Shown: positions 14,123 through 27,970, counted from the first letter of the stretch. The stretch is 64,000 bases of DNA from Octopus vulgaris (GCA_951406725.2 OX597816.1:162626001-162690000); one strand, 5' to 3'. Numbers and translations: made by a program. Notes: generated from the sequence alone by a model not told the origin.

Positions 14123-14914
14123 CTATTCTCTTCTCTGCCGTTTTTCTCTATCTTTCTCTATCTTTTCCACCCATAATTCTTTGTTCTACTAGTGATATAT
14201 GAAATATTCTTTGAAGCGACTCAACACAAGCATATTCCGCTAAATTTCTGACTGACCATGCTGCAGCAAACATATTTAACAACTGCCTGAATATACGGCC
14301 TGATTCATGAAATTAACTTATAAAATGACCTCCTCAAAAGATACAGTAAAACTTTAATTCTATCATTAGTTTTGTACTCCCACCGAAAACACATTTCTGT
14401 TATTATATAATTCATTCAAATTGTGCTCGCATTGTTTTCTTTCATCAGAATTATAAATAAATAACAATAGGTATTTCATTATGTAATCAATATTATATAA
14501 ACGATATAATATACTCATTGCTCTCTCCCGTGTTTACCAGTTTATTATATAACTTGTCACCCATACGTTTCGAAACAGCTGTAAAGTGTGGAATAAATTT
14601 GACACAAGTGACTCTCTTCTTCACTAATCTCGGAGGGACATCCATCCATCCATCTATCCATCCATTCATCCATTCATCCATCCATCCATCCATACACACA
14701 TAATACAGACATACGTACATAGGTACAAACACATACGAATATGCTAATTTTAATAAATGCAGACAACTGCCAAACACCATCAAATCAAATGATCTGAAGA
14801 GAAGTTAATACAGGTTCATGCCCAAACACGCCCGCGTGCACATGTATTTCATATCTATCTATTTATCTATCTATCCCTCTATCTCTCTCTATATATGGGG
14901 AGAGAGACAGACAG

Positions 14915-14945
<31 letters not shown>

Positions 14946-15098
14946 ATCCAAACAAGAAAACACAGAAAAAAACAGCAACGCGAGGACGTGGAACAATTAA
15001 AGTATTATTTGACGCTCAGGAAAGAAGGGAAGGAATATATATATATATATATGCATGTATGTATGTATAGAATGTTAGAAGTAGTGTACAGATATTGA

Positions 15099-15324
15099 AT
15101 ATTGAGAAAAGAGGAGGTCGCAAGAATTTGGGAAAAAGAATTTTAAAATTTAATTTATTATTAGGTTATTAACACTTTCGTTCGTTTTTCGAAAGTGCCA
15201 AATAGTTTGTTTATTTAAAAAATTTTATTTGACAATTTCGAAATAACGAACGAAATCTTTAGTAAGGATTAAATAAAAAAAATTCTTTTTCCAAAATTCT
15301 GGCGACATCCACTTTTCTCAATAT
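15099..15324. mobile_element. Palindromic MITE-like element
   Basis: Outer arms ATATTGAGAAAAGAGGAGGTCGCAAGAATTTGGGAAAAAGAATTTT / AAAATTCTTTTTCCAAAATTCTGGCGACATCCACTTTTCTCAATAT; inner arms TTCGTTCGTTTTTCGAAA / TTTCGAAATAACGAACGAA. Confidence 0.7.
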
Positions 15325-15348
15325 ATATATATATGTGTGTGTGTGGGC

Positions 15349-15380
<32 letters not shown>

Positions 15381-15443
15381 TGGAGGGAGTGTGGGATAGA
15401 TTAAAATATATGGAGATAGATAAATAGCTATATGGATAGTTGA

Positions 15444-15522
<79 letters not shown>

Positions 15523-16312
15523 TTGTGGGAATTCTTGATAGTTCAGAAGTCTTAGCAAATATTCTAAAACCATCACAGCCACGACTAACTTTTCCCTTGC
15601 CACTCATTACCTCACAAACGTTAGCCTTCCAACGTGACGTCGTGCTTTACATGATACACACATTTACCTTAATAACAAAAAAATGATATACACTAAACAA
15701 TCTATCTTCGCTACTCAAAAATCTCTAATTGACCTTCAAGCAGAAAACAACACTTAACCCTCAAAAAATATATTCCGCTACACTCTAAATTCCATCTTAC
15801 ATAATAGCTTTTTCCCCTTATTCACATTCCTCTAAATAGCCAAAATACCATTCTCTGATAAACACAGGCTGAAGAAAAAAAAAAACAAATCCATCTAGAT
15901 GATTTCTTGTCCGACCAAAAATCTCTCTTCTTCCAAGTAACCGATCCTCCAAATATTGTATAAAAAGACATACATATATAAAATATACAAAGACCAAATG
16001 TATTAACTGATAAAAAATATAACAATGAAAATAGAAATAGCCCTCTTCCAAAGAAACCTACTTTCCCTGTAGCATTCCCACCCCCAGACACCTTCTAGGG
16101 AAATCCTCCACCTCTGAATACAATATCGATTTGTTAATCATTCATTGATCTGGAGGTTTGCAGTCCGGCAAAAGACCATTAGTTGCTGCGAAGCATTAAC
16201 CGTTTCAAACCTCATAATAAATCTTTATTCTACAAATCTATCGACTTCTCTTCCTTCTTATAAGTAGTAACACTTAATACATCCCCTATTCTCTCTCTCT
16301 CGCTCCATATAT

Positions 16313-16458
16313 ATGGATGTGTGGCAAGAAGTTTGCCACAGGATTCCGGTTTAGTCTCACCGCATGGTACCTTGGGCAAGTGTATTCTGCTATAGCCTCG
16401 GGCCAACCAAAGCCTTGTGAATGGATTTGGTAGACGGAAACTGAAAGAAATCCGTCGT
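16313..16458 (+). mobile_element. SINE family A, 5' half
   Basis: CTTGGGCAAGTGT..CTATAGCCTCGGGCC..GGATTTGGTAGACGGAAACTGAAAGAA. Confidence 0.85.
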
Positions 16459-16777
16459 TTATATATATATATATATATATTATGGCTGCCCCCTCGTTAT
16501 CGAGTATGGCCAATGCACGAAGCTTAATTGTTACTGGTGCTGTGATCGAATGTGACTTTTTAGCCCAGCTAAAGATCTACAATGTCTTGTATATTATTTG
16601 CGGATTACCTGTGGACCCGGGTTACCTAAGTGGCGAAATTGTGTTGCCGTGCTGGAACTGTCTTCCTTCGTTCTTTTCTCTGCTCTGTCTTTGTTCTTTC
16701 TTTGTGTTTCTGTGGACCTTTATTTGAATATTTTGAACATTTTTTAAACATTTTCCTGTGATTTCTTTTGAAAAGCA

Positions 16778-17700
16778 TGGCAAAAAATAAAAACAATTTC
16801 TTGGAGTGGGAAATTGTGCCCCCACAAGCAGTGGGTAAAGGAGCTTAATAATAGAACGGTGGTGTTGAGGACATATTCCAAGTCCCTCGACACCATCACT
16901 TTGTTCTTTCAAGTAGATATTGAGAAGGAGTTGACAGAATACCTGCCAACCATCAAGTTTATTGCAAGGGGTGTCAAATATGCAACAGTGTGGTTGCTTT
17001 TTGCGAGCCAGCCCCTGGAAGGGGAGAAAATTATGTTTCTGCCCACATCTCGTGGGAGGAAATTGAAAAGAACTAGGGTGGGTAGGCTGCCACCCGGAAT
17101 AGAGCCCGAGTGGATAGAGGACACTATCCGCCGGGGTCTAGGTGGAAGCGGAGCCAAGCTCTTCAATGTTAAAAGGATGCTTGTGGCTGATTGGGTGGGG
17201 TCAAAAGCAGTTTTGACCCTGTGGACCCAATCAGCCGATGATCTGGTGTTCCCAGACTTTTTTGAAGATGGTGATTCTTGAGGGACGCGCTCACCACCTC
17301 CAAGTATCATCAGTGCCTGGAGCCTGGGCACACTAAGAAGAACTGTCCCAAGGACCAGAACAGGTTTCTGGAGCAGTTAGTTGTAGAAGAACCCCTCCCC
17401 TCCTCCTCCGGAAGGAGAGATGGAGGAGGAGAGAGTGACCTCCCCCGAAAAAAGGGAAGAAAAAGAAAGAAGGGGAGCAACAATGGTTGCTCTCCGTGGG
17501 ATCCCGGGGTTGAAGGAGGAAGTATGGTTCCTACGGTTATGGCGAAGGAGCTAACCCTTCCCGCACCAAGGATAAGAAAGCGGTTGTTCCACTCGCAGAG
17601 GAAGAGACACCGTTGTCAGGAATTGTGCCGTCAACGGTAGAATTGACTACCTCGACCCCGGAGGAAGACAAATTATTGATATTCTCCTACAGCGGTAGAG
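16778..17700 (+). pseudogene. Tx1/L1-like LINE ORF1 remnant (frameshifted)
   Basis: ATG at 16778; RTVVLRTY..IEKEL..IARG..V, RVGRLPPGIEPEWI, degenerate zinc knuckle (Y)HQCLEPGHTKKNC, then basic RKKGRKRKK; broken by frameshifts and stops. Confidence 0.75.
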
Positions 17701-17990
17701 AGGTGAAAAAGGTGGTGGAAGAACACCACAAGGGAGTACCTTTGGCTTTCACACGGGAGCCCGGATAGCTTCCGCAGATAGCTGTGGAGGTCATAACGTT
17801 GCCCATGATACGTAGGCTAAAGGGACCCAAAAAGGAATATCACTTGTGGCCCCGCGACGCTGACTCGGTGCCCGCCTTGGTTTTGAACGAGGCGTGGGTA
17901 ATGTCGGAGTATACAGACACAAGCCATGTTGGGGAGTAAAATAGACAAGAGGTTGAAAAGTCTCAGTATTATAATGTTTAAACGCCTGAT

Positions 17991-19341
17991 TTTATAAATG
18001 GACAATTCAGTCCAATAATTGTAAAAACGGAAGTAAGAGGTTCAATACCTTGGTCTGTTTTTTGTGTTAAAAATAATAATGTTTTAATTTGTAAATGGAC
18101 TATAAAGTCCAATAATTGTAAAAATGGAAGTAAGAGGTTCAATACCTCGGTCTGTTTTTTGTGTTAAAAATAATAATGTTTTAATTTGTAAATGGACTAT
18201 AAAGTCCAATAATTGTAAAAATGGAAGTAAGAGGTTCAATACCTCGGTCTGTTTTTTGTGTTAAAAATAATAATGTTTCAATTTGTAAATGGACTATTAA
18301 GTCCAATAATTGTAAAAACGGAAGTAAGAGGTTCAATACCTCGGTCTGTTTTTTGTGTTAAAAATAATAATGTTTCCAATTTGTAAATGGACTATTAAGT
18401 CCGATAATTGTAAAAACGGAAGTAAGAGGTTCAATACCTCGGTCTGTTTTTGTGTTAAAAATAATAATGTTTCCATTTGTAAATGGACTATTAAGTCCGA
18501 TAATTGTAAAAACGGAAGTAAGAGGTTCAATACCTCGGTCTGTTTTTGTGTTAAAAATAATAATGTTTCCATTGTAAATGGACTATTAAGTCCAAAAATT
18601 TTAAAAACGGAAGTAAGAGGTTCAATACCTCGGTCTGTTTTTTGTGTAAAAAATAATAATGTTTTAAATTGTAAATGGACTATTAAGTCCGATAATTGTA
18701 AAAACGGAAGTAAGAGGTTCAATATCTCGGTCTGTTTTTTGTGTAAAAAATAATAATGTTTTAAATTGTAAATGGACTATTAAGTCCAATAATTGTAAAA
18801 ACGGAAGTAAGAGGTTCAATACCTCGGTCTGTTTTTGTGTTAAAAATAATAATGTTTCCATTTGTAAATGGACTATTAAGTCCAAAAATTTTAAAAAACG
18901 AAAGTAAGAGGTTCAATACCTCGGTCTGTTTTTTGTGTAAAAAATAATAATGTTTTAAATTGTAAATGGACTATTAAGTCCGATAATTGTAAAAACGGAA
19001 GTAAGAGGTTCAATACCTCGGTCTGTTTTTTGTGTTAAAAATAATAATGTTTTAATTTGTAAATGGACTATTAAGTCCGATAATTGTAAAAACGGAAGTA
19101 AGAGGTTCAATACCTCGGTCTGTTTTTTGTGTAAAAAATAATAATGTTTTAAATTGTAAATGGACTATTAAGTCCAATAATTGTAAAAACGGAAGTAAGA
19201 GGTTCAATACCTCGGTCTGTTTTTTGTGTTAAAAATAATAATGTTTTAATTTGTAAATGGACTATTAAGTCCGATAATTGTAAAAACGGAAGTAAGAGGT
19301 TCAATACCTCGGTCTGTTTTTTGTGTAAAAAACAATGTTTT
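17991..19341. repeat. Tandem satellite, about 14 copies of a 96-98 bp unit
   Basis: Unit TTGTAAATGGACTATTAAGTCC(A/G)ATAATTGTAAAAACGGAAGTAAGAGGTTCAATACCTCGGTCTGTTTTTTGTGTTAAAAATAATAATGTTTTAA; copies near-identical. Confidence 0.97.
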
Positions 19342-19479
19342 AGAGAAGCAAAAAATCAGCGGGCGTTTTTTGTCTTCTCCCATTAATATCATTTTATTTC
19401 ATCATTCATCTCATCAATATTTCTGTCCAGCCCGCAAGCTATTCTGTATCATGCCTTTATGGCAAAATGTTTTGAAATA

Positions 19480-19589
19480 GAGTAGCTTGCTTACGAACCA
19501 TATGGTTCCGGGTTCAGTCCCACTGCGTGTCATCTACTATAGCCTCGGGCCGACTAAAGCCTTGTGAGCGGAAATTGAAAGAAGCCCGT

Positions 19590-19643
<54 letters not shown>

Positions 19644-19850
19644 CGTGTGTGTCTGTGTTTGTCCCCCCAACATCACTTGACAACCGATGCTGGTGTGTTT
19701 ACGTTCCCGTAACTTAGCAGTTCGTCAAAAGAGACCGATAAAATAAGTACTAGACTTACAAAGAATAAGTCCTGGGGTCGATTTGCTCGATTAAAGGCGG
19801 TGCTCCAGCATGGCCACAGTCACATGACTGAAACAAGTAAAAGGCTAAAA
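19480..19850 (+). mobile_element. SINE family A (5'-truncated, internal deletions)
   Basis: Matches 9513-9922. Confidence 0.9.
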
Positions 19851-21019
19851 TAATATATATATAGGTATGTTGATGCATACAGGAAAAATAGAACTCAAAA
19901 TATTTTTATAAATATTTAGCAGAAGTAACAGAGTGACTCAAGGTCCGAGAGTTCTGCGTGTTGGTACTTAGTCTGGTAAATGCCAACGCACGAAGACCTT
20001 TCCTGTTACTCAAAGATTCATAAAAGTTAATTTGTTTTTTGTCTTTGTTGCTGCTGTCGTTGTTGTTGTTGTTGTTGTCCTTTTGGGGACTCTATGTCAT
20101 CGTTACTAATAGCAAGAACAACGACGTCAAAATCAACGATTACGACCATAACTGAAATATGATCGGACACTAACTGATATCAAAATGATTGTTTCTACAC
20201 TAAACACCGTCTCCGCCACCACCAACACAACAGCAACGATGACGACTGTCCCACCACCACCACAACCACTACAGGCAACACCACCAACAACAACAACAGC
20301 AACGAAATTTCGAAATTCAAGGTATCCTTTACGTGATCGCTTCGAAGCTGAAGAAATACCAACTAAACCTGCATCAAATCAAACTCGAGCGTTTTTTAAG
20401 AACAGAAACACGCCAAATGATGCTATCGAGGTACATATTTGCTTGAAATAAGACAGTAAGGTCGTGGTTGGAATGCACTTGTTCATAGATCAGGTCGGGA
20501 AGAAACAACAACAGCAAAAAATAAGAAGAAAAATATTACATGTAGAACGCTAAATGTTGATTTATGCGAAATCTGCCGCAGAAAGTAGCTAATGCTTGTC
20601 ATAGGAGTGATACAATTGTTTTACCATCATCGTGCTGTATTTTCTTTAGCTTCAGTTTCCTGATTTCTTTATTAATGTTATTATGAGCAGTAGTATTAAT
20701 ATTAGATTTAGCCTTCGTAGTGTTGTTGCTGTTGTTGTTGATATTTTTGTGTCTGTTGATACTGTTTATATTTTTCTAGTGATCTTTGTTCTTTTACAAT
20801 CAAGAGAAAGCGAACAAGAAAATATATATAAAGAACACACCAGTAAAAATATAAATAATAATGCGAAATTTCAGTTATCATTTTGAACAGCGGTTATTGA
20901 TCACTTGGGTGTAATAACTGCCATACAGAGCTATGTGATAAACAGTAGAAATGTGAGCATATGGATGCATATATGTGTGCGTTTGTTTGGGTGAGTGTGT
21001 ATGCGTATATGTATGTATG

Positions 21020-21073
<54 letters not shown>

Positions 21074-21304
21074 TTTCTGTCTTTTCGTATGTACACATGT
21101 ATGAATGAATGACTATATATATGCACGCATGCCTGTACATACATACATACATACATACATACACACATACACACATACATATCTATCTATCTATATCTCC
21201 CTCTCTATATATATATTTATATATATACACACACATACATATATATATTTACATTTATACATATATACATTTTTTGTGTATGTGTGTGTATGTGTATACA
21301 TATA

Positions 21305-21356
<52 letters not shown>

Positions 21357-21392
21357 CAGTCAATCATTCAGCCGGACAGGCAAACCAGACAC

Positions 21393-21467
<75 letters not shown>

Positions 21468-21723
21468 CAGATATCAGAATGATAAGAAGAAGAAGAAGAA
21501 GAAGAAGAAAGAAGAAGAAGAAGAAGAAGAAGAAGAAGAAGAAGAAGAAGAAGAAGAAGAAGAAGGCACAGGCACAGATAGAGCTACGGAGAGATAGAGG
21601 TAGATAGGGAGAGGAACACGAAGAACAGAGGGAGAGACCGAAGGAAAAAGCAAAAGAATGATAGTAATAGAAAGTGGAGACTATCTGCAACAAATGTCAG
21701 AAATAAAGGAATATTAAAGCTGA

Positions 21724-21783
<60 letters not shown>

Positions 21784-22171
21784 CATTATTATTATTATAT
21801 CGACAGAGTCAGACCGCGATGTTAAAACGTATATCACATAGAGAGCATATAAGGAAAAATATCTAATTATTATTATATATAGATGATACTTTTATTATTA
21901 CAGCAGTTGTTGTTGCTGCTGTTGTTGTTGTTGCGGTTATTGTGTTTCGGTTTGTTGTTGTTTTCTCTTGTGTGTTGTACATTTGTTGAATCGATTGTGT
22001 TTGTGACAAGGAATGATTTCGTTCTTTCGCAAATAACTCAGCATGTCAATGCATTTGTTTGATTAAAAATAACAGGAATCCCAAAGGAAGTGTCTGCTGT
22101 TGTTGCCTTCTTATTATTTTATTTTTTTACATATTCTCCAATTTTTTTTATTTTTCATTATTTTTCATCAT

Positions 22172-22215
<44 letters not shown>

Positions 22216-22567
22216 TTCACATTATGATTTTCAGTTCTTGCGCGAATAAGAACACTATTAGCTTATTTCTGGTTTTGTGCGTCAGTGTAAAAATGAGATT
22301 GCGATGTGTGTGCTTGGGTGCGAGTGTCTGTGTGAATGTGTGTGTGTGTGTGTATTATAGGGTGTGTGTAATATAGGTATTGATAGTGTGTTAGAATGAG
22401 AGTCTGAAAGTGTGAAAGAATAAGAGAGGGAATATGTATTTCAGCGTATGAATATATTCGTTTATTTTTTCCCTCGTCTGAATGTTTCACACACACTAAC
22501 ACACATACACACACTTACATATTCTACATGCATATATATATGTATATATGGATGTTTGTAATCATGC

Positions 22568-22606
<39 letters not shown>

Positions 22607-22613
<7 letters not shown>

Positions 22614-22749
22614 TATATGTATCTATATGTATAAATATATATATATATAAATATATATATGTATCTATATGTATAAATATATATATATATAAATATATAT
22701 ATGTATCTATATGTATAAATATATATATATATAAATATATATATGTATC

Positions 22750-22750
<1 letters not shown>
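22607..22750. repeat. 42-bp minisatellite, about 3.5 copies, in a (TA)n field
   Basis: AAATATATATATGTATCTATATGTATAAATATATATATATAT repeated. Confidence 0.8.
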
Positions 22751-22781
<31 letters not shown>

Positions 22782-22786
22782 TATAG

Positions 22787-22849
<63 letters not shown>

Positions 22850-23070
22850 TATATGCATGAATTTGTCAGATGCTTATATATGCCAGTATATGTATCTGTG
22901 TGTGTGTGAAAATATATTTCTATTTATATTCTTCCATGCATACATGTTTACACACATACATATGTGTGTATGTGTGTGTGTGTATGTGTGTGTGTGTGCG
23001 TGTGTATGAATATGTATGTGCTTATGTGTGAATTTGATAATGGTACTGTAAATGAAAAACATTACTGTGT

Positions 23071-23109
<39 letters not shown>

Positions 23110-23405
23110 TATATGTATGTGTATATATATATATGTATATATGTATATATATGCATATATGTATGTGTATATATATATATGTATATATGTATATATATGC
23201 ATATATGTATGTGTATATATATATATGTATATATGTATATATAATATATGTGTGTTTGTCGGGTGTGTACATCCTTCAGTGTGTAGGTCTGTCTATGTAT
23301 ACCAATACATGAACATATATATATATATTAAAGTAATCTCGACGCCATCTAAAAGAACGTTATTGAACACCCACGCCTGCGTGCGCGCGCACACACAAAC
23401 ACACA

Positions 23406-23474
<69 letters not shown>

Positions 23475-23597
23475 ATGCAATCACTCACACTTAACATAAA
23501 ATGTTTGCTGTTTGTTCGTCGCTAATCCAAATGGACGTGACATTAAATGTACTTGCGTTGAATATTTGTGATCGCAAGACTAAAAGTACGAAGCCAG

Positions 23598-24015
23598 GTA
23601 ATAATCGCCAAAGGGCCACCTCCAAGGAAATACAAATAGTGAGTGGTGTCCTGCTGTGTCTTGGGGGCCACCACTGTTCGTAATGGCCCTCTCAGATATG
23701 CCCCTCGGCCACGCAGAGAGAAAGAGAGAGAAAAAAGTGAGAGAGAGACGTAGAAGCTCTGTTGACGACACAAAAGTCTCAGAAATGATAGAAAGCCTTG
23801 GAGATGCTATGCACCTACATCAAGAGTTAGAAACAGACAGGACGAAAGTGATTGCAGTTCCAAACTCACAATCAGGGCTCTGAGCATTGGCATGAGTAAT
23901 GATGCCTCTTTCCATGTGCATATTACGAAGTTGGCAGTGAGCATGTATGCGGTGCCCCGATGGATTCTTAGAACATTCAGAATCAGAGAATAGAAAACCA
24001 TGATAGTCCTGTTCC
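23598..24015 (+). mobile_element. CR1/L2-like LINE reverse transcriptase fragment (decayed)
   Basis: IVSGV..LGPPLFVMALSDMP, SVDDTKV (YADD motif decayed), IAVPNSQS..MSNDASFHVHI..WILRTF. Confidence 0.8.
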
Positions 24016-24679
24016 CAAAGCTTCTCGAGTTACTCCCTTGACAGTCGGTCTACGTCCCTAGCGCTCCACTCCGACTCAGCGTCACAAATGTAGACCACTT
24101 TCTGCTGCAAATTCGAAACAACAGTATTTCACAAACAAAACTTAACCTAAATAACCCATTTTTTTCAGGGACACCTTATTATTGCCCCACTTTTTTTCAA
24201 CACTCCTCTTGATCTTTCCGCCGCCCACAGAGGTAGCAGTACTGCCCAATTTGGGAACCACTGCTCTAGAGGACAGTTGTCCTAAGCCGTTTGAATTACG
24301 GCTCCCACTATGGCTACCACTTAGAGTACAGGGTGTCCTGAATGTCTTGTAACCCTCTACCAAAAAGTAATTAGAACAATAGAGGGACAATATAATAATA
24401 TGAAACACATGTACTGGTTTTAGTATATTCATTTTCATTGACACTGACACTGTTACACGTCCAGAAGGTCTGTGTGAACACTTACAGCTTCGTAAAATAT
24501 TACACAGAACATGGTGCTGCATCATTTTGTGCCATGAAAATGATACAATTGATTGTTCAAATCGAAGCAATTCAACGAATCTATTGAAAGGAACAGTTTA
24601 GCGATTAGGAAACGAGGGAAAAGTGTCCTCTCCTTGGAACGAAGGCGGGAAAGATATGTCGTAATATATATCTGGGAGA

Positions 24680-25540
24680 AGGTGGCGAGCTGGCAGAAAC
24701 GTTAGCACGCCGGGCGAAATGCGTAGCCGCATTTCGTCTGTCGTTACGTTCTGAGCTCAAATTCCGCCGAGGTCGACTTTGCCTTTCATCCTTTCGGGGT
24801 CGATAAATTAAGTACTAGTTATGCACTGGGGTCGATGTAATCGTCTTAATCCGTTTGTCTGTCCTTGTTTGTCCCCTCTATGTTTAGCCCCCTGTGGGAA
24901 ATAAAGAAATAAGAAACGTTACAACGCCGGGCGAAATGTTTAGCGGTATTTCGTCTGCTGCTACGTTCTGAGTTCAAATTCCGCCGAGGTCGACTTTGCC
25001 TTTCATCCTTTCGGGATCGATAAATTAAGTGCCAGTTGTGTACTGGGGTCGATCTAATCGACTGGTCCCCCCAAAAGAAATTTCGAGCGTTGTGCCTAGA
25101 GTAGAAAGAAAAGAATATACACATGAAAGGTAAGGCAATGTGCTGGCTAAATAGTTAAGACGCCGAGCAAGATGTTTAACCGCATTTCGTCAGTTTCGGC
25201 GTTCTGAGTTCAAATTCCGCCGAGGTCGACTTTGCTTTTCATCTTTTCGGGGTCGATAAATTAAGTACCAGTTGCGTACTGGGGTCGATGTAATCAACTT
25301 ATCCCTTCCCCTGAACTTGCTGGCCTTTAGCCAAAATTTGAAACCAGTATTTGAATATATTGTCAGGTGACGAGTTGGCAGAATCGTTAGCATGCCGGAC
25401 GAAATGCTTAGCGACGTTTCGTCCGTCTTCACGTTCTGAGTTCAAATTCCGACGAAGTCGACTTTGCCTTTCATCCTTTCAGGTCGATAAAGGAAGACTA
25501 CCTTTTGAGTACCGGGGTCGATATGATTTGCTGATCTAGT
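24680..25540 (+). mobile_element. Cluster of SINE family B: dimer 24680-25115 plus two further copies
   Basis: Four GTTCTGAG(T/C)TCAAATTCCG..GTCGACTTTGC cores; junction tail1 | AGAAACGTT near 24912. Confidence 0.9.
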
Positions 25541-25619
25541 ACCAAAATTTCAAACTAATATATATTTGGAAGTTTTTTTGAAAAATGTGTCCCAACTTTC
25601 TCTATGCAATTCATGAAGA

Positions 25620-25936
25620 CACCAGAACAGGGACCATTCCATAATAGAATCCTTGCATAAATGCTACGTTTACCATCAAAATGTAGGACCTGATTCTGCA
25701 ATAAAATAAGATTCAAAGGCCCACTGCTATTCTATAATCTCTCGAAAGACTAGAGAAACTTACATGGGGTGGATTTAAATGTTTTCAGAACAGAACTTGA
25801 TCTCCTACAGTCAGGAGCTCCGGATAAGCCAACTTCACCGCAGGAAATGCAAACGAGGGCAGCAGCATCAAACTCCCTAATTCACTGAATGCTAACTTCT
25901 ATAGGAAGATTAATGAAAATGCAGCGGCGGTGGTGC
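25620..25936 (+). mobile_element. CR1-like LINE 3' end, degenerate
   Basis: Homologous to 60968-61370 (FKGPLLF..NLHGVD..PDKPTSPQEMQTRAAASNSL). Confidence 0.75.
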
Positions 25937-26357
25937 TAAATCCGAAGTTCTGCTTCTTTTTACGTCATCAGTAAATATCCACTGGCACCACATGCTAACC
26001 GAAAATCGGATGCCGGCTGATATAGTTAAATAGTGACTGAAATGTCACCGATGCTGAATTTAGTCGGAAGAGTGGAAAAAAAAAATCGTTATCTATGACG
26101 GAATTGTGGCTAATGGCGTGAGTCCTGATTGGAAGAAGAAGAAGAAGAAGAAGAAGAAGAAGAAAGCAACAAAAACGATAGCAGAGACAATAACGCAAAC
26201 CTTTCAAGATTTCTGCTGGAACATATCTAAAATAACCTTGTGTGGTAGCCATAAATATAGTTATGAATATGGACCTAACATTAAGGTATTAGTAACGGTG
26301 CGTGTAACAGTACAATTGCTCACCACGTCATTGATTGCCGATTAGGTATTTACAATG

Positions 26358-26609
26358 GTATGGCTATTAAAATCTAGAATAATGTAAGTTTTCAGTTTTA
26401 TGTCTTATATAATTCTCTGATAGTAAATGGTTTTAAATTTGGTGCAGCTATTTACTGGAAAGTTCCACCAATATTTCTTGTTAAAAGTGAGCACAGTTCC
26501 TAGATTTGATCGAGTTTCACACACTTTCTCCGAAGATGTAGTATTATTTTTCTGATTTACGTTACGGATATTCATAAAATCTTACCTTTGGTTACCGAAA
26601 AAGATAACG
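26358..26609 (+). repeat. About 250-bp direct repeat, copy 1
   Basis: Near-identical to 27971-28209. Confidence 0.9.
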
Positions 26610-27312
26610 TAAAAACAGATGAAATACCGCTAAGCATTTTACCCGGCGTGCTAAAGTTTTTTATTTCTTTATTGCCCACAAGAGGTTAAACATAGAGAGG
26701 ACAAACAAGGACAGACAAACGGATTAAGTCGATTACATCGAACCCAGTGCGTAACTGGTACCCCGAAAGGATGAAAGACAAAGTCGACCTCGGCGGAATT
26801 TGAACTCAGAACGTAAAGACAGACGAAATATCTATTTCTTTACTACCCACAAGGGGCTAAACACAGAGAGGACAAACAAGGACAGACAAACGGATTAAGT
26901 CGATTATATCGATCCCAGTGCGTAACTAGTACTTATTTAATCGACCCCGAAAGGATGAAAGGCAAAGTCGACCTCGGCGGAATTTGAACTCAGAACGTAA
27001 AGACAGACGAAATATCGCTAAGCATTTTACCCGACGTGCTAACGTTTCTTCCAGCTCGCGGCCTTATAACGACAGATATAATACCTGTTTCTTTATTATC
27101 CACAAGGGGCTAAACATAGAGGGGACAAACAATGTCAGACATACGGATTAAGTCTATTATATCGACCCAGTGCCTAACTGGTACTTAATTTATCGACCCC
27201 GAAAGGATGAAAGGCAAAGTCGACCTCGACGGAATTTGAACTTAGAACGTAGCGGTAGACGAAATATCGCTAAGCATTTCGCGCTGCGTGTTAATTTTTC
27301 TGCCAGCTCGCG
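26605..27312 (-). mobile_element. SINE family B head-to-tail array (3 tail1 units plus a partial unit)
   Basis: Junctions near 26662, 26832 and 27085. Confidence 0.9.
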
Positions 27313-27485
27313 GCCTTATAACGACAGATATAATACCATCACTCTGTCAAATATCATTACCTGCATAATGTAAATTTTTCTGTCTATATTGAAGTGTATA
27401 AAGATTAAAATCCAGAGGGTTTATTTTTACTTAACCAAACAGATTTAATTATCATTCATGCATTTGTTAAATATACTCTTAAAAA

Positions 27486-27810
27486 GGAGCACTCCGTCGG
27501 TTACGACGACGAGGGTCCCAGTTGATACGATCAACAGAACAGCCTGTTCATGAAATTAACGTGCAAGTGACTGAGCAATCCACAGACACGCGTACCCATA
27601 CGTAGTTCTCAGGGAGATTCAGCGTGACACAAAGTATGACAAGGCCGGCCCCTTTGAAATACAGGTACAACTCATTTTTACCAGCTGAGTGGACTGGAGC
27701 AACGTGAAATAAAGTGTCTTGCTCAAGGACTCAACGCGTCGCCGGGAATCGAACTCACGACCTTACAATCGCGAGCCGAATGCCCTAACCCCAAATCACG
27801 CGCCTTCACA
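27486..27810 (-). mobile_element. tRNA-derived SINE (third family, possibly RTE-type tail)
   Basis: Reverse complement: GTGAAGGCGCGTG..GGTTAGGGC..GAGTTCGATTCCCGG..CCTTGAGCAAGACACTTTATTTCACGTTGCTCCAG. Confidence 0.8.
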
Positions 27811-27970
27811 TTCTTACATATATCTTGGTCCAATCAGTGGCTCACCAGCAGCGCTCGCGACGCTTCACCAACCAAGAAGGGATGAAAGTTTCAGTAAAGG
27901 AGTTCTTCGCTTGGAAGGATAAGTACTAGCCTAAAACGGTGCAAATACATTGTCTCTACTTTGACTGCTA

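Noticed and set aside
16482-16580. U1-like GGCCAATGCAC and U2-like GCTAAAGATC snippets upstream of the Tx1 ORF1
   Set aside because: Matches are too short; 16482-16540 more plausibly is a reversed LINE 3' end with (TA)n tail, and no snRNA body is present.
17991-19341. CRISPR-like array or repeat-protein ORFs (18333-18885)
   Set aside because: Whole units repeat with no unique spacers, no cas genes, eukaryotic context; unit length is not a constant multiple of 3.
24250-24600. hAT-like end (reverse CAGTGGTTCCCAA) and Tc1/mariner-like start TACAGGGTGT; similar end at 62612
   Set aside because: Only single termini, with no partner TIR or recognisable transposase.
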